Of a DNA stretch of 64,000 nucleotides, positions 49,968 to 59,941 are shown one piece after another. Source of the stretch: an uncultured delta proteobacterium (GTDB lineage: Bacteria; Desulfobacterota; RBG-13-43-22); assembly GCA_963802945.1 (NCBI GenBank), contig CAWDKY010000030.1, forward strand, positions 1 to 64,000, read 5' to 3'. Made by a program: the position numbers and the translations under genes. The notes under the pieces are model-generated. The model was not told where the DNA came from. It did not search any database and was given only the letters and a program-made list of their open reading frames with translations. Each line of letters begins with the position of its first letter. Position 1 is the stretch's first letter.

Positions 49968-51269
49968 TCAGAGCAACCCCGATCCTAATTCGGCTACCGG
50001 GGAGCGTTCTCCCTTGACCAGGGTTACATGACCGACAATTTCCTCGTCTTTCATTCTTTCCACCAGATAGGCCAGGCCGTTGCTGGAGACATCCAGATAA
50101 GGGTGATCAATTTGCTCCAGATCCCCGGTAAAAACGATCTTGGTTCCCTTGCCCACCCGGGTGATCAAGGTCTTGATCATATGAGGGGAAAGGTTTTGGG
50201 CCTCATCACAGATGATAAATTGTTTTGGAATGCTTCTTCCCCGGATATAGGTCAAGGCCTCCAATTCAATCAATCCCCTGTATTTTAAATCATTGATCAA
50301 TTCCAAGGGTTCAGGTGCATTGGCTGATAAAAACTCCAGGTTATCGAAAATCGGCTGCATCCAGGGCCGGAGTTTCTCTTCCTTGGTGCCCGGCAGATAC
50401 CCCAGATCCTGCCCCATGGGGATTACCGGGCGGGTAATCAATAGACGGGTATATTTATTTTGTTCCACAACCTTCTCCAGTCCGACGGCCAGGGCTAAAA
50501 GGGTCTTACCTGTTCCGGCACTCCCTACCAGAGTGACTACTTTGATATTATCGTTGGAGAGAAGTTCCAGACCAAATTTTTGTTCTTTATTTAAGGCCCT
50601 GATTCCCCAATTGGTTGAATCCCCGTGGGCCAGAGGCCACAAATAATGCTGAAAATAACGACTCAATGCGGATTGGGAGGCATTGTTTTGATTTTTAAGA
50701 ATAAAAAATTGATTAGGTTTTGCCTTTAACCCCTCTTTGGCTGGAAGCTTACCCTGCCGGAAGAAAAGGTTCAACTCGCCGGTGGATAACTGGAGTTCGG
50801 CAACCCCGCTGTAAAATTCCTGAAAATTAATTTTATCTTTATAAAAATCCTCGGCCGGTATACTCAATACGTCGGCCTTAATGCGTAGATTCAAATCCTT
50901 GGTTACCAGGATAACTGGTTCTTCCGTGTTTTTTGAAAAATAGTAGGCCACCGCCAGTATACGGTTGTCGTACTTCTGAAGATCAAAACCTGAGGAGAAA
51001 CTACCCATCTCTTGATGGTTTAACTCGACCCGTAACTTTCCTCCCTTTTGAAGGGTCACCCCTTCGGATAACCGTCCCTGTCTACGCAGGGTATCCAGGA
51101 GTTTTGAGAATACCCGGGCATTTCTCCCGACTTCATCCTGCCTTTTTTTCTGGTTGTCAATCTCCTCGATCACCGCCAAAGGGATGACCACCTCGTTATC
51201 CTCGAAAGCAAATATTGCCTCCGGGTTAAACAAAAGTACATTCGTATCCAGGACATACATTTTTTTCAT
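49968..51269 (-). CDS. phoH: PIN-PhoH ATPase (PhoH2/YlaK type)
   Basis: VLDTNVLL PIN domain, GSAGTGKT, GYLPG, YIRGRS, DEAQN; GTTTCAC-n4-TTTTCAT at 51311..51328. Confidence 0.9.
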   Translation of the reverse strand: MKKMYVLDTNVLLFNPEAIFAFEDNEVVIPLAVIEEIDNQKKRQDEVGRNARVFSKLLDTLRRQGRLSEGVTLQKGGKLRVELNHQEMGSFSSGFDLQKYDNRILAVAYYFSKNTEEPVILVTKDLNLRIKADVLSIPAEDFYKDKINFQEFYSGVAELQLSTGELNLFFRQGKLPAKEGLKAKPNQFFILKNQNNASQSALSRYFQHYLWPLAHGDSTNWGIRALNKEQKFGLELLSNDNIKVVTLVGSAGTGKTLLALAVGLEKVVEQNKYTRLLITRPVIPMGQDLGYLPGTKEEKLRPWMQPIFDNLEFLSANAPEPLELINDLKYRGLIELEALTYIRGRSIPKQFIICDEAQNLSPHMIKTLITRVGKGTKIVFTGDLEQIDHPYLDVSSNGLAYLVERMKDEEIVGHVTLVKGERSPVAELGSGLL

Positions 51270-51371
51270 GGATTAAAGCCCTTCCATTTGATTGGTCAAA
51301 AATACTGTCTATGAAAAGGATGTGAAACTTTAAAATGTTCAAGGGAGCAAGCATTAGAAGGTTCCAATAAA

Positions 51372-53834
51372 TCAACTGGCTTTGGCCAAAGGGGTCTCCA
51401 TGGTCGGCATTTTTTTCTCGTACATCTCCCAGGTCTTTAAAAAGGCCTCTTCAATGGATCGCTCTTCCATATATCGGCGGGCCGCTTTTCCCATTTCTTT
51501 CAAACGGTCGGGGCCAGAGAGCAAAGAAGTTAATAGCTGGAGCAACTCCTCTGGTTGATCACCCTTGACAATAAACCCTGTTTCTTCCGGAAGGATGTTT
51601 TCCTTTGGTCCGCCTTGGTCGCTGACGATCACCGGCAGACCCGAGGCCTGTGCCTCTAAGACCACATTGCCGAAGGTATCGGTTTGACTTGGGAAGATAA
51701 ACAAATCGCAGGAGGCATATACCTCGGCTAAGGTCTCTCCTGTCAGATATCCTGTAAAAAAACAGGGGGTGTCTTTCATTTTGCTTTTAAATTCCTCCAA
51801 ATAAGGACCATCCCCCACAATGATCAACTGGACTTGTTTACAAGAGCGGCAAAGGCGGATAAACACATCGCCCAGTAAAGCTAGGTTTTTTTCCTTGGAA
51901 ACCCGGCCCACATAGAGTAGTTTTACCCCTCCTTGGTCGTTACTATATTTTTTGAGAACTCCGTTTCTTTTGGCCGGATGAAAGTATTCCAGATTTACCC
52001 CTCGGAAAAACGAACGGATTTTGGGGGGATCACATCCTTTTTCAATGAGCTCCTCCCATGTGCTTTTGGAAGGCACATATATGGTATCCAATTGGTCGTA
52101 ATACCAGAGAAGATATTTCCACATCCAATCCTCTAACAATTTATCTTCGGTTAAATAACGAGCATATTGGGGTAAAGCCGTATGATAAGTTCCGCAGATA
52201 GGTATTTTCAAAATTTTGGCAATCCCCAAAGCCGCCAAACCGATTGGGCCTGGAGTGGCTGAATGGATAATGGTAAATTTTTCTTCATAACAGAAAGACA
52301 GCATTTCCAGAAAGGGGGGAAAGAAGAGTTTCAATTCCTCATATTCCGGGAGTTTATAGAACCCGATGGGTTTAAAATTTTTTATACCGGAGACAACCTC
52401 CTCTTTTATTGAATCACAGGTGATAACCGTCAAGGCCTTGCTGTTTTTCCCGGCCAAGGCGACCTGCTGGCGCAAAGTCAGGGCCACCCCATTGATTTCA
52501 TGAAACGTATCGGTGAAATGGGCCACCTTGGCAGGAAGCCCGGAGTGTTGATCAGGCCTATCATTATTCAAAAAAAGCTTTCGGACCTTTTCAGCAAAAT
52601 GTTGATTATTTGAAAAATTGGAAAAAGCAAAAAAATAAGGGGACAATAGGGCATATAAAGACCCGATAGATCCAAGGGATTGAAACAGGTTGAAGAGGTG
52701 CCCGTGAGTCAGTTGATCTAATAAGCTGTTTCCAATATGTAGGAAGGCTCGGTTGGAAATCTGGTTGACAAAAAAGAGCCATTGGTTTTCAAGGCCTTTC
52801 CCTTCGACCTTCCCATTCTTGACGATTTCCATCAGTTGGGGGTCATTCGATAACAACTTGTGGGTTTCGGAACGAAGGAATTCCTGGATGCTGGCAGGGC
52901 GGGTATTCTTAATCTGTCTTCGGTGGGACCAGAGATCATAAACCTTGGAAAACAAACCGACCTCCTCTTCCTGACCGTTGGACAAACATCGATGAAGAAA
53001 TTTTAAAAAGAGGTCCCTCTGTAAATGGTAATTGAAATTAAATCGATAATTATAAAATTGATAAGCAATGCTGTAAATGTTATGGGCCAGAGCCTGGGGA
53101 GTGGACGAATTTCCAACCACTCCGGCCTGTTGAAGATTAAGACCTGAAAAAAATTCCTGGAGATCCTTTGCCCCGATGACTTCGGTGTATTGATGGGCCA
53201 CGGTCAAGGCGGAATGGTCATCGGAACCTCCGGTTAAATTTTTTTTCCAGGGTTCAGCAAATTTCGGCTCAAGGCCGTGTTTCTCGCTGAGGATTTGAAT
53301 GTCTTGAGGAGTTAAAGCATTCAGGACCATTTGGAGGATATGGTTTTGCTCCTTTCCTCTCGACCCGTTTAATTCAAAATTCTTAAACAATAGTATGAAT
53401 TCTTCAAAATGATCTATGGTCAGCTTTTCATTAACCGAATAAAGGGGATGAGCCAGGGAATGGTTGATTTTTTCCTGATGCAGATAGGCTGTGAGCTCAA
53501 AGATGTTTTCACGCAGGACCTGCAGATCTCGATGCTGTTTTTCCGAGATTTGGTAGACCAACACATGGACCTTACAGCGGTCTTCAGGAAAATAGGCGGT
53601 CACCTCTTCACTGATAAAGGTATGAGGGAGATGAGCGATTTCGAGCGCACCGTCAATAGAGTTATGATCGGTGATGGTTACATAAGACATCCCCCGTTCC
53701 CGAACCAAGCGGTATAGGTTGACCGGGTCGGTATAACTTTCAGAACAGCCGATCTTCTGAAGCATCCATTCCGAAGGGTGCTTTGAAAATTTAGAGTGAA
53801 CATGAAGATCCACTTTTAAGACCGCTGACTCCAT
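51372..53834 (-). CDS. PHP-domain + GT4 glycosyltransferase fusion
   Basis: DLHVHS, TITDHN, AHP, GGSDDH (PHP); FTDTF.EINGV, ATPGPIG, YHT, VGRVSKEKN, DTFGNVVLEA (GT4). Confidence 0.9.
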   Translation of the reverse strand: MESAVLKVDLHVHSKFSKHPSEWMLQKIGCSESYTDPVNLYRLVRERGMSYVTITDHNSIDGALEIAHLPHTFISEEVTAYFPEDRCKVHVLVYQISEKQHRDLQVLRENIFELTAYLHQEKINHSLAHPLYSVNEKLTIDHFEEFILLFKNFELNGSRGKEQNHILQMVLNALTPQDIQILSEKHGLEPKFAEPWKKNLTGGSDDHSALTVAHQYTEVIGAKDLQEFFSGLNLQQAGVVGNSSTPQALAHNIYSIAYQFYNYRFNFNYHLQRDLFLKFLHRCLSNGQEEEVGLFSKVYDLWSHRRQIKNTRPASIQEFLRSETHKLLSNDPQLMEIVKNGKVEGKGLENQWLFFVNQISNRAFLHIGNSLLDQLTHGHLFNLFQSLGSIGSLYALLSPYFFAFSNFSNNQHFAEKVRKLFLNNDRPDQHSGLPAKVAHFTDTFHEINGVALTLRQQVALAGKNSKALTVITCDSIKEEVVSGIKNFKPIGFYKLPEYEELKLFFPPFLEMLSFCYEEKFTIIHSATPGPIGLAALGIAKILKIPICGTYHTALPQYARYLTEDKLLEDWMWKYLLWYYDQLDTIYVPSKSTWEELIEKGCDPPKIRSFFRGVNLEYFHPAKRNGVLKKYSNDQGGVKLLYVGRVSKEKNLALLGDVFIRLCRSCKQVQLIIVGDGPYLEEFKSKMKDTPCFFTGYLTGETLAEVYASCDLFIFPSQTDTFGNVVLEAQASGLPVIVSDQGGPKENILPEETGFIVKGDQPEELLQLLTSLLSGPDRLKEMGKAARRYMEERSIEEAFLKTWEMYEKKMPTMETPLAKAS

Positions 53835-54010
53835 AAAGACCTCCTTTTTTTATTACGAAGATAGCTCAAAGCTCAATGCCCGGCTGGCATGCCGGAGTTC
53901 AAAGCAAACAAAATATTGTTCAGAGAATCCTGTTTTCATTAATCGAGTTACTCCATAAAGGGAAGAGTGCTGAGTTTGAAAATCTTTTTTCTTTCAACTT
54001 TGAACACATT

Positions 54011-54697
54011 TTACGGGTTCCATCTTTTTTTATCCAGGAATCTGACCAGGGCCAACCCGGAAGAAAATGGAAAATCGATCACCTCAAAAAAGACAGGGTT
54101 TTTTTTTAAAATCTTCACCCATCGTTTGACCCCTGAATGATGCAACTTTTCCCGGATGGTTATGTTGGTGTCATGGAGAAAAACATATCCGTTCTTCGGA
54201 ATATGGTCAGCTATGGCCAAAAAATCATGACGCACATGTCCAAAGGCATGATTCCCATCAATAAATCCCAGATTGATGGGAGGCAGTCCGCTGGTAGAAT
54301 AAGATTTGAAAAACGCTTCACTCTTTAAAAGATAATGAGTTACCTGATCGGCTACCCCGAACTGTTGGAAATGTTGAGCAACCTCCTCAGGATTTTTCCA
54401 TTTTCCCGCTCCTCCCATGGTCTGAAACGGACCGTCTTTAAGCAGTGAGAAAGAGGGATCGACAAATGATACCTTCCCGAATCCATTGTCTTTGCAGCCT
54501 AAAGCCAAACAAACAACACTAAAACCATATCCGGAACCGACAACTACGATATGAGCCGGCCTTAGGCAACGGACCAGACCGTAATACAAAAACCCAAACC
54601 CTAGATTCAGGTTATCTTTTTTTTCATGATGGCCTAAGGGTTTGGCCTTCTGTAAAATCATCTGCAAAAGGTCTGGGGTTAAACTATAATCGTTCAT
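54011..54697 (-). CDS. Class I SAM-dependent methyltransferase (Methyltransf_24-like)
   Basis: VVVGSGYGFS, FVDP, FIDGNH, FLHDT; ATGACAT-n4-TTGTAAT at 54785..54802. Confidence 0.8.
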   Translation of the reverse strand: MNDYSLTPDLLQMILQKAKPLGHHEKKDNLNLGFGFLYYGLVRCLRPAHIVVVGSGYGFSVVCLALGCKDNGFGKVSFVDPSFSLLKDGPFQTMGGAGKWKNPEEVAQHFQQFGVADQVTHYLLKSEAFFKSYSTSGLPPINLGFIDGNHAFGHVRHDFLAIADHIPKNGYVFLHDTNITIREKLHHSGVKRWVKILKKNPVFFEVIDFPFSSGLALVRFLDKKRWNP

Positions 54698-54921
54698 GTT
54701 TTTTCCCCTGGAAAAAGGTGTTCTATATGTTGTAGGATTTACCATAGTGAGTGGCATATATGGTGGGGAACATAGAGGTCTGGGATTACAAAATGATGTC
54801 ATTCAGCAGATTTTTTAGTAACAAATAAAAAGGCCCCCGGATGGAGGCCTTGGAGAGAGAGATGACTTCTATCTAAATTGGGAAAGGCTGCTTCCCGTTC
54901 CCAAGGAAAAAGGGTTAAAGG

Positions 54922-55075
54922 TTAAAACTTCAATTGGAAACCTATCTGGAACATATCATAATTGTTTGTTTCCGATACTAATTTGGATTCATAATCACAA
55001 TGTTCGTAAACGATAATGGACATAAATTCCTTGGTGACGTCATAGGAAAAACCGGCCACATTAGCTGGTATAACC
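54922..55075 (-). pseudogene. C-terminal remnant of an outer-membrane beta-barrel gene
   Basis: ...AGFSYDVTKEF...YDMFQIGFQLKF* with alternating hydrophobicity and terminal Phe; followed by the aaggcc/ggcctt hairpin at about 54830-54852. Confidence 0.5.
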
Positions 55076-55405
55076 ATCATTGAGTTTAAAGGACCCCAAT
55101 ACGGCATTCCAGACCAGATGACCTACCTTGGAGGCAACACCGTTGATGTACTGGTCGATGGTTTGGGCCTTGTCCGCTTCAAAATAACGGGTGTTTTCCA
55201 ATAAGTTCATGATGGACCGCTCGCTGACGGTCTTCTGATCATAATTAACAACGACACTCCCGGTCAACGGGTTGACTGAGGTTTTTGTAACTCCAGCCTG
55301 TCGATTCAATAGACTTTCCACTTCAGAAGCCTTTTCCTGATTTTCCTTAACCAGAGGAGTTTTAATCCGTAACCTCCCTGGTAGGCTGTGAATGTAATAG
55401 CTCAT
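55061..55405 (-). CDS. HMA2-domain protein copy 3 (C-terminus replaced)
   Basis: Matches the 39491 copy up to AVLGSF, then diverges; Pho array at 55493..55532. Confidence 0.75.
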   Translation of the reverse strand: MSYYIHSLPGRLRIKTPLVKENQEKASEVESLLNRQAGVTKTSVNPLTGSVVVNYDQKTVSERSIMNLLENTRYFEADKAQTIDQYINGVASKVGHLVWNAVLGSFKLNDGYTS

Positions 55406-55719
55406 TCGAATCCTCCTCTTACTTCCTTATCAGAATTGAGCAGACAAAATGTACTTTCAGTAATTTCATGACTATCAAGATAATGACTTTTTGTTGCAAT
55501 TTGATGACGACAACATGTCTTTTTTATTAAAATTATAGGAGATCCCCCTTCATACCTCAGGTCTCCTCATCCCTTAGTAATTTCTTTTTGTGAAGCAACT
55601 ATCCTATTCCTTTATCCCTTGGGTAACAATGTGCATCAACTTAAAAATTCTGCGGGCGATGATCTCTTTTATTTCCTCCATGGCCTCACTACGCCAGCAA
55701 GGTGGTACGGCCCATCAAC

Positions 55720-55759
55720 TTTTAACCAAATTTTCAAGGAGCTGTAACGTCACAGTAAC
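55720..55759 (+). promoter_or_regulatory. Pho-box array upstream of the porin
   Basis: TTTTAAC, TTTTCAA, CTGTAAC, CAGTAAC at 11-bp spacing. Confidence 0.7.
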
Positions 55760-55828
55760 AATTGCAAGATAGGATGGCTGCCAATGAAATTCAAATCGTT
55801 TAAATAAAAAGAAAAAAGGAGAAAGAGT

Positions 55829-57232
55829 ATGAAGAAAACATTAGTTTTGCTTGCAGTATCACTGATGCTGGCAACACCGGTCCTGGCAGAAATGCAGTCA
55901 GTAGCCAATCAGCCGACAGCTAATCAGCCGGCGAATGACACAGGCGGCCTGACCATGGACTACAAAGGGATCACGATCAATTTTGGGGGCTTCATCGAAG
56001 CAGCTGGCATTTTCCGCGACAAAAACATGAATGCTGATGTAGCAACGCCTTTTCAAAAGCTGCCCTTGTCCAATTCAGCCGGTTATTACCAGAATGAAAC
56101 GGATTTCAGCGCGCGCCAATCCAGGCTCTCCCTGCTTGTCACGGGCAATTACGATCCCCAAACCCATCTTGCCGGGTATTACGAGATGGACTTTCTCGGC
56201 GCAGCCACCACCGCCAACTCCAATGAAAGCAACTCTTATAACCCCCGGATCCGGCATCTCTACACGACAGTCGATTGGGATGCACTCGGCCTGCACCTGC
56301 TGGCCGGCCAGACCTGGTCACTGGTCACTTTGAACGACAAGGGCATTTCCCCGCGCAAGGAAGTCACCCCAGCCGTGATCGACGCTCAGTACGTTCCCGG
56401 CTTTTCTTGGGCTCGTCAGCCCCAGTTCCGTATCGTTTGGGACTGGAGCAAGAAATTCTGGCTGGGTCTTTCGGTCGAAAACCCCCAGACTGCAAATGCC
56501 GCCACAGGACCGAACGCGTCCGCGAACACTAACTTGGCGATCGGCCAAACGGCAGGTTCGAATTTCCAGGGAACCATGTCGGCAAACAATTGGCCGGATT
56601 TTGTCTTAAAGGCAGCCCTTGAACCCGGCTGGGGACATTTTGAGATCTTTGACCTGTTCCGCACCTTCGAGTCGAGCATTGCCGGCAACGGAGTCGTAAC
56701 AAATTCAAATCCTACGGGTAATGCCGTGGGCGTCGGCATCATTTTGCCGATAGTTCCAGAAATATTGAAGTTCCAGTTCAGCGGTCTCTACGGTGATGGG
56801 ATCGGCCGCTATGGTTCCGGCCAGTTGCCCGATGTCACTTTGGACCCATACGGCAATCTCGTCCCGGTCCGCGAATTACAGCTTCTTGCCGGCCTGAAGC
56901 TTGATCCGACGAGCAAGTGGAGCTTCTATGCCTATTACGGCAATGAGCAGGTGGACCAGACCTCCTGGAATGTTAACGGCAAAGGGTATGGCTTAGGCAG
57001 CCCGCTCTACACCACCACCGTCGGCGCGCCGGTCTCCAGCAATCAGGCCCAGGTCAGTGGCGTCTCCGAGATTACGGCGGGTTTTTGGTGGAAATTCTAT
57101 CAGGGCAGGATGGGGAAGATGCAGTCTGGCGTGCAATATTCTTATATGAATGACACATACTTTAGCGGTAAGGGCGGAACCCCCTCTGCGAACAATTCTT
57201 CTGTGATGACAAGTTTCCGTTACTATTGGTAA
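55829..57232 (+). CDS. Outer-membrane porin-like beta-barrel protein
   Basis: Signal peptide, SARQSRL, YYEMDF, RIRHLY, AGQTWSL, GIGRYG, terminal FRYYW. Confidence 0.8.
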   Translation: MKKTLVLLAVSLMLATPVLAEMQSVANQPTANQPANDTGGLTMDYKGITINFGGFIEAAGIFRDKNMNADVATPFQKLPLSNSAGYYQNETDFSARQSRLSLLVTGNYDPQTHLAGYYEMDFLGAATTANSNESNSYNPRIRHLYTTVDWDALGLHLLAGQTWSLVTLNDKGISPRKEVTPAVIDAQYVPGFSWARQPQFRIVWDWSKKFWLGLSVENPQTANAATGPNASANTNLAIGQTAGSNFQGTMSANNWPDFVLKAALEPGWGHFEIFDLFRTFESSIAGNGVVTNSNPTGNAVGVGIILPIVPEILKFQFSGLYGDGIGRYGSGQLPDVTLDPYGNLVPVRELQLLAGLKLDPTSKWSFYAYYGNEQVDQTSWNVNGKGYGLGSPLYTTTVGAPVSSNQAQVSGVSEITAGFWWKFYQGRMGKMQSGVQYSYMNDTYFSGKGGTPSANNSSVMTSFRYYW

Positions 57233-57295
57233 CAAGGGAAGAATTCAGAATTCGAGTTGAGTCGAATTAAGGTGCTGAAGCAGTTTAGCTAAACG

Positions 57296-57404
57296 TTGCA
57301 AAAGTCGAGGATGCTGCAGATCCGAGACGGCAAGGGTGAAGCCGTACGAAGGTATTTCGAACCCTTGACAATAAAGGAGATGCAGCATCACGCGGCTTTT
57401 GCAA
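57296..57404. mobile_element. MITE-like palindromic element
   Basis: ttgcaaaagtcgaggatgctgca ... tgcagcatcacgcggcttttgcaa terminal IR; inner caaggg...cccttg stem. Confidence 0.6.
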
Positions 57405-57788
57405 AGGGAAAAAACAGGGTAATTTTTTACTCATACAGGATCCCACTTGTGGTGAATTCCAGAATGACTTCAATTTTTCGCTAAGCTCATTTTACAAGTT
57501 CTCTCGGCCTGAAGCCCGTCTTCTCCTCATCCAAAGGGTTTTCTCCTTTCTACCTTTCCAATTGATTTTTCGCAATTTAAACGTCTTCGACCTGTTGATG
57601 GATTTTTTAGGGTCCATTAAACCTACTGTTTCTAAAATGTAATCCAACCATCATCAGAAATTGACAAACCCTGATTAAAATAACCTTAAAATCAATAACG
57701 TTTATTTACCTTGAGCATACAAGGGGGAAAAAGATTTAATGAAGTCACTTAACCAATGAACCTTTTAACCAACCCTGAAAGGAAACCC

Positions 57789-57980
57789 ATGAAAAATACG
57801 GTTAAGATTTTGCAGGTCAACAAAAAAAAGGAGTGTACCTATTTTCTGATTCGGGAGGGTATTTTCATCCGTTCCACGGTTCCCAGGAAAGGCTTAAAAA
57901 AATTATTGAAGATCGTCAAGCCGGACCTGATTCTTCCCAACCCTTTGGATAATGCCTTGGAAGAGTTTGATTTTTCATAA
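57789..57980 (+). CDS. Half-receiver-like microprotein (paralog of 22770)
   Basis: SD AAGGA; VKILQV...KPDLILPNP; ATGTAAT-n4-CCATCAT at 57637..57654. Confidence 0.6.
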   Translation: MKNTVKILQVNKKKECTYFLIREGIFIRSTVPRKGLKKLLKIVKPDLILPNPLDNALEEFDFS

Positions 57981-58057
57981 CAACCTTTAGTAGCCAAAAA
58001 CTGGATTAGCCCAAAAAAGAAAAGGAGGGATTAACCGGGGAAGGAATTGTTAAATAA

Positions 58058-58086
58058 TCTCCATCTGACTGTAACAGGATTGTAAC
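58058..58086 (+). promoter_or_regulatory. Pho-box array upstream of pst set 3
   Basis: TCTCCAT-n4-CTGTAAC-n4-TTGTAAC. Confidence 0.7.
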
Positions 58087-58131
58087 AAAAGATGTATAAA
58101 TTTAACTTGAATAAATTGAGGAGGAATTTCC

Positions 58132-59028
58132 ATGAAAAAATTATTAATAAGCAGTATAATATGTTTGTGTTTAGCGGTGTTGATGACTCCAGCTCTCGTC
58201 TTTTCGGGGACCTTCATCCAGGTCAAAGGTTCCGATACGGAAGTGAATGTGGTCCAAATGCTGGCCGAGGTTTTTATGAAAAAGAACCCTAATTATAATA
58301 TAGCCGTGACCGGCGGCGGTTCCGGTGTCGGCATTGCGGCTATCATCAACAAAACAACCGATCTTTGCAACGCCTCCAGGCCCATGAAGGATACGGAAAT
58401 CGCCCAGGCCAAAGACAATAAGGTCAATCCGGTCGGGGTCATCTTCGCTGTTGATGGCTTATCAATAGCCCTTAATCCCAAAAATTCGGTCAAACCCCTG
58501 ACCATAGATCAACTCGGCCAGATTTTTAGGGGCGAACTGACCAACTGGAAACAAGCCGGCGGCCCTGATATCCCGATCACCTTGTATGGGCGTCAGCCGA
58601 ACTCGGGTACGTTTGTTTTTTTCCGGGAAGCCGTGGTCCGTGGGGATTACTCCAATAGGATGAATCAAATGAACGGCAATGCCCAGATTCTTGAGGCGGT
58701 CAAAAAGGATGCCGGAGGAATCGGCTATGTGGGTATCGGTTATGTGGTGGATGATGCCGGAAAGGTGGTCGCCGGGATCAAGGTCTGCGATGTGGCCAAG
58801 GACAGCCGCAACAAACCCTGTTCACCCTTGAGATTGGAGAATATCATGAACGGGGCTTATCCGCTTACCCGGCCCTTGTACCAGTATTTTGATGGCAACA
58901 ATCGGGCCAAAGTGGAGGCTTTTGTAAAATTTGAGTTAAGCCCTGAAGGGTTGGCAATTATTAGGAAGGAAGGTTTTTATCCCTTGACCGATCAATGGAA
59001 AAAACATAATGCCCAACTCCATTTCTAA
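58132..59028 (+). CDS. pstS: PstS (set 3, short GSDT type)
   Basis: KGSDT, GGGSGVG, NASR, RQPNSGT, YPLTRPLY. Confidence 0.9.
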   Translation: MKKLLISSIICLCLAVLMTPALVFSGTFIQVKGSDTEVNVVQMLAEVFMKKNPNYNIAVTGGGSGVGIAAIINKTTDLCNASRPMKDTEIAQAKDNKVNPVGVIFAVDGLSIALNPKNSVKPLTIDQLGQIFRGELTNWKQAGGPDIPITLYGRQPNSGTFVFFREAVVRGDYSNRMNQMNGNAQILEAVKKDAGGIGYVGIGYVVDDAGKVVAGIKVCDVAKDSRNKPCSPLRLENIMNGAYPLTRPLYQYFDGNNRAKVEAFVKFELSPEGLAIIRKEGFYPLTDQWKKHNAQLHF

Positions 59029-59941
59029 AGGGCCCTCCCTATTTATTCCCAACAGGATCAGGAGATGGAGGCAATTCCAAGATCGCTTTATTCATCGGTT
59101 CTTTCAAATCAATGGCCTGCTTTCCATCCTGATCCTCCTGGGGATTTTTATTCTCCTTCTTTCTGACGGCTTCCCGGCCGTCAAACATTTAGGTTTATCC
59201 GGTTTTTTTTCCGTGATCTGGAATCCCACCTCTTATGTAAAAGAAACCTATGGCCTGGGGGCCATGATCATCAGTACCTTAATGGTCACCTTCGGTGCCA
59301 TGTTACTGGCTGTTCCTATCGGTCTGGGTTGCGCTGCCTACTTGGCTGAGGTTGCCCCTTCCTGGGTGAGAGAAATCCTTAAACCGGTCATCGAAATCCT
59401 GGCCGGGATTCCCTCGGTGGTCTTGGGATTTCTGGGCATTGTCGTCGTGGGGCCGGCCATTGCCCAACTTTTTCATCTTCCCAACGGCCTCAATGCCCTC
59501 AACGGCTCCATCCTTTTGGCTGTTATGAGTCTGCCCACGATTATAAGCATTTCCGAAGATGCCATCTCTTCTGTTCCCAGATCCTATAAAGAGGCCTCGC
59601 TGGCCCTCGGGGCCACCCGTTGGCAGACTTTGATCAAGGTGGTGGTCCCTTCGGCCCTTTCCGGGATTATTGCCTCCATCATGCTGGGCATGGGCCGGGC
59701 CATCGGGGAAACCATGACCGTACTTATGGCCACCGGAAATGCCTTGAAGATGCCCTACCATTTTTTTGATGCGGTCCGGACCATGACGGCCACGATCGCC
59801 ATTGAGTTGGGGGAAGTCCCCTTCGGCTCCGATCATTATCATGGACTTTTTGTAGTCGGCTTCATCCTCTTTGTGATGACTTTTATAGTCAACCTTGTCG
59901 CCGACATCGTCTTGGCCAAGTATCAGGAGGTCGAACGATGA
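59009..59941 (+). CDS. pstC: PstC (set 3)
   Basis: LAGIPSVVLG, EASLALGAT, GRAIGETM. Confidence 0.95.
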   Translation: MPNSISKGPSLFIPNRIRRWRQFQDRFIHRFFQINGLLSILILLGIFILLLSDGFPAVKHLGLSGFFSVIWNPTSYVKETYGLGAMIISTLMVTFGAMLLAVPIGLGCAAYLAEVAPSWVREILKPVIEILAGIPSVVLGFLGIVVVGPAIAQLFHLPNGLNALNGSILLAVMSLPTIISISEDAISSVPRSYKEASLALGATRWQTLIKVVVPSALSGIIASIMLGMGRAIGETMTVLMATGNALKMPYHFFDAVRTMTATIAIELGEVPFGSDHYHGLFVVGFILFVMTFIVNLVADIVLAKYQEVER

